NCBI RefSeq assembly: GCF_037902255.1
Contig: NZ_CP147990.1
Location: 1,950,001 to 1,982,000 of the forward strand
Source: Candidatus Electrothrix sp. GW3-4
Lineage (GTDB): Bacteria; Desulfobacterota; Desulfobulbia; Desulfobulbales; Desulfobulbaceae
Reading direction: 5' to 3'
Length of the DNA stretch: 32,000 nucleotides
Shown here: positions 16,531 through 23,739 of the stretch, in pieces
How positions within the stretch are numbered: position 1 is the first letter of the stretch
Layout of the letters: each line of letters begins with the position of its first letter
Made by a program: the position numbers and the translations under genes
The notes under the pieces: generated by a model
Told to the model about the DNA's origin: nothing
Seen by the model: only the letters and a program-made list of their open reading frames with translations
Databases searched by the model: none

Positions 16531-17669
16531 TACTGCTCTCTCAGCCAATAATCATTGCGCAGGCTGGTGATCATCTCTTTAAATTTTTTCGGCTCGCCCC
16601 CTGCCAACAGACGCTGTCGATCAGCACTGGTGCCCTGCTCCAAAATGTTGTACAGATCCTGAAGATAACCAGTTGTACCAAACCGCTCAGTCACAGGATG
16701 AATGAGCTGAAGCAATCTGTCTGCAGCCTGACGCAGGGGCAGATCAGCACCACCCAATAATCCGTAGATATCCACAAAACGGCCGCCGAGCCCATGCCGG
16801 GCTGCCTGCCATTTATTACATTTCAACATTTGCAGACTGACCGGACGGGAGGAAAGATTTGTTTCTGCAAGAAAGGCGGCCAATGCCTGAATAGCAGCTG
16901 TCAAGCCCAGGATAGAATAAAACCGGTAGGGCAGATCGCAGATACGAATCTCCACCGTACCGAATCCAGGACTCGGCCGTACATCCCACCAAAGATCCTT
17001 GAGCCGCTCAATGGCCTGATGCGCATGCAGATTATTGACCTCATCAATGTATCCCTGCCAAGTCCCCATATAGCCGGAGATACCCGCTAAAGGGAGGACC
17101 TCGAACAACTTAGTCCTATAGGATTGAAAGCCTGTGTCTCGACCACAAAAAAACGGTGAAGAGCAACTCAGGGCGAGTAAAATAGGCAGGTAGGGCTGGA
17201 TGATGTCGCAGACCCGGATCGCGGTGTCTCTGTCGGGCATACCAACATGGACATGCATCCCCTGGGTAATAAACTGACGACCAACCTGTTGCAGTTCATC
17301 CATGATGCGGCGATAGCGCTCCCCCTTACTCAAAAGCTGGGCCGAGGGGTCGGCAAAGGGATGCAGACTTGTCGAATAGAGATAGCAGTCCTCATGCACG
17401 GCAGTGTCTTCCACTAAATGTATAATGCGGCTGAGGTCATCGGCTACATCATCAACATGTTCACAGACACCGGTCTGGAGCTCGATAATGGATTGGAGAA
17501 ACTCTGGAACAATCCTGTCACTGCCTTCAGGAACCAAATCTTCCAAGATGTTGTTGACCCGTGGCACCAAGTCCAGGCTCTGACGATCAACAAGCTGAAA
17601 TTCCAGTTCAACCCCAAGTGTGTATTCCTGGCTGCCATTAAAAACAGGCGTAAATGCGTTATCTTGCAT
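16530..17669 (-). CDS. ybdK: carboxylate-amine ligase YbdK (GCS2 family, glutamate-cysteine ligase-like)
   Basis: TLGVELEFQLVD lies near the N-terminus, followed by GMHVHVG, and WWDVRPSPGFGTVEIRICD is the YbdK/GCS2 signature. I chose ATG 17669, which has AGGAAA upstream. The ORF track extends to 17738. Confidence 0.85.
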   Translation of the reverse strand: MQDNAFTPVFNGSQEYTLGVELEFQLVDRQSLDLVPRVNNILEDLVPEGSDRIVPEFLQSIIELQTGVCEHVDDVADDLSRIIHLVEDTAVHEDCYLYSTSLHPFADPSAQLLSKGERYRRIMDELQQVGRQFITQGMHVHVGMPDRDTAIRVCDIIQPYLPILLALSCSSPFFCGRDTGFQSYRTKLFEVLPLAGISGYMGTWQGYIDEVNNLHAHQAIERLKDLWWDVRPSPGFGTVEIRICDLPYRFYSILGLTAAIQALAAFLAETNLSSRPVSLQMLKCNKWQAARHGLGGRFVDIYGLLGGADLPLRQAADRLLQLIHPVTERFGTTGYLQDLYNILEQGTSADRQRLLAGGEPKKFKEMITSLRNDYWLREQ

Positions 17670-17686
17670 AGATCTGATTTCCTGAT

Positions 17687-18862
17687 TCACGATTGCTGCA
17701 GGTATCGCAAGGCATGAACGGCAACCGTGGCCAGCCATCGGCTTCCGCAGGGTAACACCTTTTCGTCAAAATCAAAGGCTCCAGAATGGGAAGGACCGAC
17801 ATGGGGATCTCTTGCTGCTCCAAAGCGAACCATAGTTCCAGGAATTTTCTGCTGATAAAAAGAGAAATCTTCCCCGCCAAGACTGGGAACCCCCTGAGAA
17901 ATAACCCGATCAATCCCCACCACCTCCAGGGCCGCCTGTCGGGCAAGAGCGCAGGAAGCAGGATCATTCACCACAGCGGGTAACCCCTGCTGGAGACTAA
18001 AATTGATCTCTGCATTGCACATTTCCTCAAGCCCGCGTACCACGCCCTCCATTCTCCTGATAATTTGCCCCCTAGTGTCTGGATGGGTGCTGCGGATCGT
18101 TCCCTCAAGCACAGCCTTACCAGCTATGACATTATGCACGGATCCTGCTGCGATCCGCCCAACGGTGATCACTCCTGGATGTGCAGGATTAATCATGCGG
18201 GATACCATGGTCTGGATATTCAGCACCAGACTCGCACCAACCACAACCGCATCAATGGCTTCATGGGGTCTGGCTGCATGCCCACCTTGGCCGCAGATGT
18301 TAATGAGAAAGGGATCAGCATAGGAGCAGATAACCCCCTGATCAACAGCAAAATGTCCGAGTGAATTATGGGTGTCAATATGACCGCAGAAAATCATCTC
18401 CACATCCTGAAGGCAGTTATCGGCAATCATAGCAGCAGCCCCAGTTCCTGCCTCTTCTGCTGGCTGAAAAAGAAGCACCACCCTGCCCCCCATCTCATCA
18501 AGGGCAGTATGTTGAAAAAGCAACTCTGCTGCGCCGAGCAACATGGCCGTATGCCCATCATGTCCACAGGCATGCATCACTCCAGGCTGCTGAGAGGCAA
18601 ACTCAAGACCGGTTTCTTCAATAACGGGCAGGGCATCCATATCAGCCCGCAGGGCCACACAGGGCCCTGACCCTTTTCCCAGTTCCGCCCTGATGCCGGT
18701 TCCACCAGCCAATCCTGCTCTGTAGGGTATCCTTAATCTTGTAAGCTCCCTCTCAATCAGGGCGGATGTCTTTTTTTCCTGAAAGGCGAGCTCGGGGTGT
18801 CGATGCAGCCTGCGGCGGATTCCCAGGATTCGCTGTTCCTGCTCCTCAGTCACAGTAAACAA
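17687..18862 (-). CDS. M20D family amidohydrolase (N-acyl-amino-acid / hippurate hydrolase-like)
   Basis: Motifs include RRRLHRHPELAFQEKKT, ALRADMDALP, MHACGHDGH and the usual dimerisation-domain layout. The start is TTG at 18862, with AGGA 6 nt upstream, only 2 nt after the MORN gene stop. Confidence 0.85.
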   Translation of the reverse strand: MFTVTEEQEQRILGIRRRLHRHPELAFQEKKTSALIERELTRLRIPYRAGLAGGTGIRAELGKGSGPCVALRADMDALPVIEETGLEFASQQPGVMHACGHDGHTAMLLGAAELLFQHTALDEMGGRVVLLFQPAEEAGTGAAAMIADNCLQDVEMIFCGHIDTHNSLGHFAVDQGVICSYADPFLINICGQGGHAARPHEAIDAVVVGASLVLNIQTMVSRMINPAHPGVITVGRIAAGSVHNVIAGKAVLEGTIRSTHPDTRGQIIRRMEGVVRGLEEMCNAEINFSLQQGLPAVVNDPASCALARQAALEVVGIDRVISQGVPSLGGEDFSFYQQKIPGTMVRFGAARDPHVGPSHSGAFDFDEKVLPCGSRWLATVAVHALRYLQQS

Positions 18863-18864
18863 GG

Positions 18865-20925
18865 CTATTCCTGCTCAACCAATTCATCGTTTTTGAAAAT
18901 CCCCTTCACAACACGACCATCTGCATATTTGATCGTTCCGGCCCCGTTCCTGCGCCCGGACTTAAACATCCCCTCATACACCGTGCCGTCGGCAGAGGTT
19001 AAGCGGCCGTATCCGTGAGGCAGGTCATTCTTGAATGTTCCTTTGTATTTTTTCCCGTTTTTATAGATCAATTCCCCTTTCCCTGAGAAAAATCCGTCGG
19101 AAAATTGTCCTTTATAATAGCTGCCATCTGGAAAAATATAGGTTCCCTTGCCTTCAAAGACCCCTTTGACAAAATCGCCTTCATAGGAAGAGCCATCAAG
19201 ATAGGTAAAAGCACCTTTTCCCTCGCGTTCGCCCTTACGAAAGCTCCCCTTGTACTGACGACCATCAGCAAAGACATAGGTCCCTTGGCCATGAAACTTG
19301 CCTGCAGAGAATTCGCCTTCATAGCTTTCTCCGTCTGCCAGCTGCATGGTGCCCCAGCCCTCCATTTTTCCCTCTCTAAACTCTCCCTGATAATGGGAAG
19401 AATCAGGCAAGTCAACCTCTCGTACCCCGCTGAAGGAATTTTTTCCTTTTTCTTCCTCCTCGTTGCGAAAGGAGTAGGGGATTTCATTGATCAGCACAAG
19501 CCGTCCTTCTTCCTCTGCTTCCTCTGCTTCCTCCTTTCCTCTTTCCTTACCTTCCTCCGCAAGATAAGGAGGAAGTTCTTCTTCACTGATATCAAGCTGC
19601 TCCACAGGAGATTCATCTTGATTATCTTTAACAGAGGCAACAGAGCCCTGAATACGTATCTCTGTCTCTTGACGCTCTATGTCTTCTTCAATCGGTGGTT
19701 CAAGAGTATCAGCAGTAACCACCTCTTCCTCAATCAGGCTATCCACCTCATCCATTTCATGAACTTCATAAACTTCATGCTTCTGTTCAAATTTCTGCTC
19801 AGATTCAACAGGCGCACCTCTCTCTTCAGCTGATACCTGGGCCTGGTGAGTAGCGATTTCTTCCTTCTTTGTGAGGGTGGCACGGGGAGTAGCTGCAAGT
19901 GAAGAGGGGGTGGCTTCTTTATCACTCTGCCTTTTCTGTTCAGGCTGGGCAGGGGGCACCACCGCTGTTTTGGCTCGTTTTTTTCGGGGAATCTGGCCTG
20001 CTGGCTCGTTCTTGGAAAAAAGGCCTTCGTAAACCCTGCCATCAGCATATTTCAGCTTTCCTATACCAACCCTGATCCCCTTTTCCCACTGCCCCACATA
20101 GCGAGAACCGTCGCCGTAGGTCATGGTGCCTTCTCCGTGTGGCAATCCATTGAGAAGATCACCTTGGTACTGTTGCTGAGCTTCAGACCAGGTTATGGTT
20201 CCTTGGCCGGTAATTGCTCCATCAAGAAAGGTCCCGATATAGGTCCGACCGTTCTTCTCCTTTAAGGTACCTCGTCCGTTGTACAGATCATTTTCAAAAT
20301 ACCCTTCATAGCGGGTGCCGTCAGGCATTTGCAGAATCCCGTATCCCTGACGAACCTTGCCGACATAGCTCCCGATATAGACAGTGCCGTCAGCATAACG
20401 GCGTACCCCCTTGCCACCTGGATGGCCGTCACGGAATTCCCCTTCAAAGCTACTTCCGTCAGCCATGATCATCTCGCCCTTTCCGTGCAGAAAATTGCTC
20501 CGAAAATCACCAACGTATTTTCGGCCGTCAGGGTAGATCAAAACACCTTTGCCATGAAATTTCCCCAGCTCAAATTCTCCCTGATAACGACGGCCGTCAG
20601 CTTCTTTCAGGATCCCTTCTCCATCAATAACACCGTTTTTAAAGGTTCCCTTATAGGAACGGCCATCACGTGTCTTCAATATACCGAAACCGTGAAATTT
20701 TCCCCGTACAAACTCGCCGTCATACTGCATGCCATCCGGCGTGATCAGCCTGCCGCGTCCCCAGAGAAAACCCTTTTTAAATTCACCTTCGTACTCCCGA
20801 CCATTAGCACTTCGTAACTTTCCTACACCGTTCTTGCAGTCTCCAGAAAGACAACCGGCCGAGCAGGTCAGGGCTGTTGCGCATTGAATAACTAAGGCAG
20901 CAATCAGTATCTTGGTACTTCGCAT
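18865..20925 (-). CDS. exported MORN-repeat protein (about 12 N-terminal and 8 C-terminal repeats, acidic central linker)
   Basis: About 20 repeats of Y(E/K/Q)G(E/T/D)Fxx(G)xxhGxGxxxxxDG recur every 23 aa. The N-terminus MRSTKILIAALVIQCATALTCSAGC looks like a signal or lipoprotein-type peptide. ATG 20925 is preceded by GGGAG, and the ORF track starts at TTG 20928. Confidence 0.85.
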   Translation of the reverse strand: MRSTKILIAALVIQCATALTCSAGCLSGDCKNGVGKLRSANGREYEGEFKKGFLWGRGRLITPDGMQYDGEFVRGKFHGFGILKTRDGRSYKGTFKNGVIDGEGILKEADGRRYQGEFELGKFHGKGVLIYPDGRKYVGDFRSNFLHGKGEMIMADGSSFEGEFRDGHPGGKGVRRYADGTVYIGSYVGKVRQGYGILQMPDGTRYEGYFENDLYNGRGTLKEKNGRTYIGTFLDGAITGQGTITWSEAQQQYQGDLLNGLPHGEGTMTYGDGSRYVGQWEKGIRVGIGKLKYADGRVYEGLFSKNEPAGQIPRKKRAKTAVVPPAQPEQKRQSDKEATPSSLAATPRATLTKKEEIATHQAQVSAEERGAPVESEQKFEQKHEVYEVHEMDEVDSLIEEEVVTADTLEPPIEEDIERQETEIRIQGSVASVKDNQDESPVEQLDISEEELPPYLAEEGKERGKEEAEEAEEEGRLVLINEIPYSFRNEEEEKGKNSFSGVREVDLPDSSHYQGEFREGKMEGWGTMQLADGESYEGEFSAGKFHGQGTYVFADGRQYKGSFRKGEREGKGAFTYLDGSSYEGDFVKGVFEGKGTYIFPDGSYYKGQFSDGFFSGKGELIYKNGKKYKGTFKNDLPHGYGRLTSADGTVYEGMFKSGRRNGAGTIKYADGRVVKGIFKNDELVEQE

Positions 20926-21088
20926 CAAAACTCCCTGTGTTACTTAACGTAGCGTCACGTGGCTCAGGAATTTTCCTGATTAAAATTATTTTCAGTGAAC
21001 CACCCTAGCCAAAGGCTGAGGAGGCCCAAATAGCATTTTTGCGGCCTTTGCAAGCAAGCTGTTGAGCATAAATTGCTCTATAAGGTGC

Positions 21089-21337
21089 TCAGCATTTTTT
21101 TTCAACTCGACTGATAAACTCTTGGGCGGTTTCAGGATCACCAATTTCCTCAACCAGAGCGGTGGTCAACTCAATGATGCGGGCAGCAACAACAGGGCCA
21201 TTGCGTTGCCATTGTTCAACATAATCGTAAAGGATCATGCCAGCAGCTGGTCCGATCGCGCCAGCAAGTGCCTGTTCAATATCCTGGAAAATCTCCTGAA
21301 TTTCAGGAGGATAACTTCCGCGCGCATAATCCGTCAT
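21089..21337 (-). CDS. hypothetical small acidic protein (82 aa)
   Basis: A good RBS (GGGAGAAAAGG) lies directly before ATG 21337. The sequence is helical and acidic (EIQEIFQDIEQALAGA...). The overlapping plus-strand ORF 21062-21367 looks less protein-like. I recognised no family. Confidence 0.5.
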   Translation of the reverse strand: MTDYARGSYPPEIQEIFQDIEQALAGAIGPAAGMILYDYVEQWQRNGPVVAARIIELTTALVEEIGDPETAQEFISRVEKKC

Positions 21338-21461
21338 CCTTTTCTCCCGTGCTCCGCTGAAACCTGATAATCTCAGCGTTTTCCGTGTATACTCGCCACA
21401 GTCATAGCCTGAGCTTTCAATATATCCTTAATGGATGAAAATTCAGACAGTTTCCAGCAAG

Positions 21462-21492
21462 AAAAAACACGATTTACCCCAGAGCAGTAAAT
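21462..21492 (-). terminator. weak candidate terminator after argJ
   Basis: On the minus strand, ATTTAC pairs with GTAAAT (plus coordinates 21472-21477 and 21487-21492). CGTGTTTTTT follows. The stem is a short, AT-rich 6 bp. Confidence 0.35.
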
Positions 21493-21499
21493 TCTCGCT

Positions 21500-22717
21500 T
21501 CAGGATCGATAATCAGCATTAATCTTCACGTAGTCACAGGTCAAATCTGTGGTAAACACTTCCGCACGTTCGCTTCCGTCCCTCAGATCGACAGTAACGG
21601 TAAATTCTTTTTGCTGCAACACCTTAGAAGCTTTCTTTTCAGCTTCTTTTCCGCAGCCTAGGCCATTCTTAACCATAACGACATGATCAAAGGCTATAGA
21701 AACCCGCTCCGGCTGAAACTGACATCCCGATCGACCAAGCGCTGCTATAATTCGGCCCCAGTTCGCATCCTCACCAAAAAAAGCTGTCTTAACCAGGGCT
21801 GAGTTGGCAATGGTCTGGGCACCGCTCATAGCCTCATCCTTGCTTCGTGCGCCAACCACTCGAATAGTGACCACCTTGGTTGTTCCTTCCCCGTCTGAAA
21901 CGATCTGCAAGGCAAGGTCTTTAAAAATCTTATGCAATGCTTCAGTGAAAATCTTGACGCCATCCTGATTTTCTTCATCAAGCCAAGGAGTTTCCGCAGC
22001 ACCGTTCGCCATAACCAGCACGGTGTCATTGGTTGAGGTATCCCCATCCACTGTTATCAGATTGAATGACTGTTCGACCCCGGCACTAACGATCGCATTC
22101 AGCACAGAAAAAGGAATTTGGGCATCGGTCACAACAAAGCAGAGCATAGTTGCCATATCCGGCATGATCATACCAGCCCCTTTGGCAACGCCAAGTAAAT
22201 TCACCTCAACCCCATTGATTTCCACACTAGCAGAAGAGGTCTTCGGCACAGTATCTGTGGTCATAATCGCCTGGGCAAGATCATCAAAGCCATCTTCCCT
22301 CAATGAGGAGACAAGCTCGGGCACCGCCCGAACAAAGGGATCCGTATTCAGCTGCTCACCAATAACGCCAGTAGAGGCCACCTGGACCAATTCTTCATCA
22401 ATGGCCAAGGCATCAGCGGCCAGGCCTCCCGTACGCAATGCCGCTTCCATACCCTGTTCACCAGTGCAGGCATTGGCGTTGCCGCTGTTCACCAACACTG
22501 CCTGGGCCTTACCGTTGAGCAGACGTTTTTTGCCCAGCACCACAGGGGCAGCCTGAACAGTATTTGTGGTAAACATGCCGACGGTCACAGCCGGAACCTC
22601 GGAATAAATCAGGCCGAGATCAAGTCGCCCCTGATAACGAATGCCTGCCTGAACAGCAGCTGCTGTAAACCCTTTGACCTTCATTACACGCTCAATGTAA
22701 AATTTTTCCTGCTTCAC
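21500..22717 (-). CDS. argJ: bifunctional glutamate N-acetyltransferase / amino-acid acetyltransferase ArgJ
   Basis: Motifs include KGFTAAAVQAGIRY, NSGNANACTG and the autocleavage site ATMLCFVVTDA, ending in INADYRS. The start is uncertain: either GTG 22717 or ATG 22684. Confidence 0.9.
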   Translation of the reverse strand: MKQEKFYIERVMKVKGFTAAAVQAGIRYQGRLDLGLIYSEVPAVTVGMFTTNTVQAAPVVLGKKRLLNGKAQAVLVNSGNANACTGEQGMEAALRTGGLAADALAIDEELVQVASTGVIGEQLNTDPFVRAVPELVSSLREDGFDDLAQAIMTTDTVPKTSSASVEINGVEVNLLGVAKGAGMIMPDMATMLCFVVTDAQIPFSVLNAIVSAGVEQSFNLITVDGDTSTNDTVLVMANGAAETPWLDEENQDGVKIFTEALHKIFKDLALQIVSDGEGTTKVVTIRVVGARSKDEAMSGAQTIANSALVKTAFFGEDANWGRIIAALGRSGCQFQPERVSIAFDHVVMVKNGLGCGKEAEKKASKVLQQKEFTVTVDLRDGSERAEVFTTDLTCDYVKINADYRS

Positions 22718-22857
22718 TCAAGCCATTCGGGAGACCAGCCTGCCCCCTCCTGAGTCCATAGAAATGGATTAAACAGAACAATATATTGCAATGTTACACA
22801 GACCTTCTCTTCTGGCAACATTTCAATATAATATCACAGAGCAGGGCCTGTGTATAG

Positions 22858-22889
22858 TACGTTATCGTCCTTCTCTATGTTATCGTCTT
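22858..22889. repeat. 14-nt direct repeat, two copies at 18-nt spacing, in the intergenic region upstream of argJ
   Basis: TACGTTATCGTCCT (22858-22871) and TATGTTATCGTCTT (22876-22889) are identical at 12 of 14 positions. Confidence 0.6.
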
Positions 22890-22931
22890 CCTTTCCTGAA
22901 GAACCGAGAGCAAAAAGAACAGCTGCAAAAT

Positions 22932-23708
22932 TCACGGAATCAATCGGTTGATCGAATTCCAAACCTGAGCTGCCCATTCATAAATCATTCGCTGTGAAAG
23001 GCCCAGATTCTCGCAGGTGGGCACAAAGGAGGATGAGACCAGCTGATTATTATCTTTGATAAGAAAGTCTGTTGGTGCCGCAAGAGGACGCGTACCAGCC
23101 TCTTTGAACAATTTCATAGCTCGTTCCATATGCGCAGCAGAGGTCACTAAAATAAAGGGCATATCTTTGAGCATAGGCTGCAGCATTTTGGCCTCTTCTG
23201 CAGTATCATGGGGACGTTCCTCAATGACCAGTCGTCCGCTATCCATACCTAATGATTCAGCGACCCTGCCTGCCACGGCTGCATTTGCCCGGGGGTCTTG
23301 ATTTGCCCCGCCGCTGAGAATAAGAAAGGTTTGTGGAAGCTGCCGTTGCAGACGAATCCCCTCAACCAAGCGGTATAACGACGCGGTATCCAGTTGATTG
23401 CTTTCTGGCAGTGCAGGATCGGTGGTATTTGAACTCCCAAGGACGACAACAAAGCGAATTTGCCGTTGCTCTGTCTCGGCTATTTTTTCGATATCCAATG
23501 GAGGATATCTTCTCTCAAGCTCTTCTAACTGCTGACGCGCAGGCAGGCCATAACCAAGGACAAGAAAAAGGCAGAGCGTTATCAGCAAAGAGAAAGTGGC
23601 CAGCTTGCGTAAACGAAAAAGTAAAAAAAACAGTGCCAAAAAAATACAGACCACACCTATGGGTAACGGCGCGAGAAAAGGCACCAAAAAACGAACAAAT
23701 TCAATCAT
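22932..23708 (-). CDS. DUF218 / YdcF-ElyC family membrane protein
   Basis: Two N-terminal TM helices are followed by the DUF218 core (VVVLGSS, ILSGG, FILVTSAAHMERA). The RBS AAGGTG sits in a 31-nt A-rich spacer after the upstream ligase gene. Confidence 0.75.
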   Translation of the reverse strand: MIEFVRFLVPFLAPLPIGVVCIFLALFFLLFRLRKLATFSLLITLCLFLVLGYGLPARQQLEELERRYPPLDIEKIAETEQRQIRFVVVLGSSNTTDPALPESNQLDTASLYRLVEGIRLQRQLPQTFLILSGGANQDPRANAAVAGRVAESLGMDSGRLVIEERPHDTAEEAKMLQPMLKDMPFILVTSAAHMERAMKLFKEAGTRPLAAPTDFLIKDNNQLVSSSFVPTCENLGLSQRMIYEWAAQVWNSINRLIP

Positions 23709-23739
23709 ATTTTTTCACCTTAATTTTTTTCCCTTTTTT

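Noticed and set aside
19105-20817. Plus-strand ORFs of 242 aa (19105-19833) and 162 aa (20329-20817)
   Set aside because: Both are antisense to the MORN-repeat gene. They are long only because the repetitive Gly/Glu/Lys codon usage of the sense strand lacks reverse-complement stops. Their composition is low-complexity and Phe/Leu/Ser-rich.
18865-20925. Periodic 69-nt repetition at the DNA level, considered as a possible tandem repeat or CRISPR-like array
   Set aside because: The periodicity is protein-level (23-aa MORN units) with degenerate nucleotide identity. It lies inside one continuous ORF, and there is no repeat-spacer organisation.
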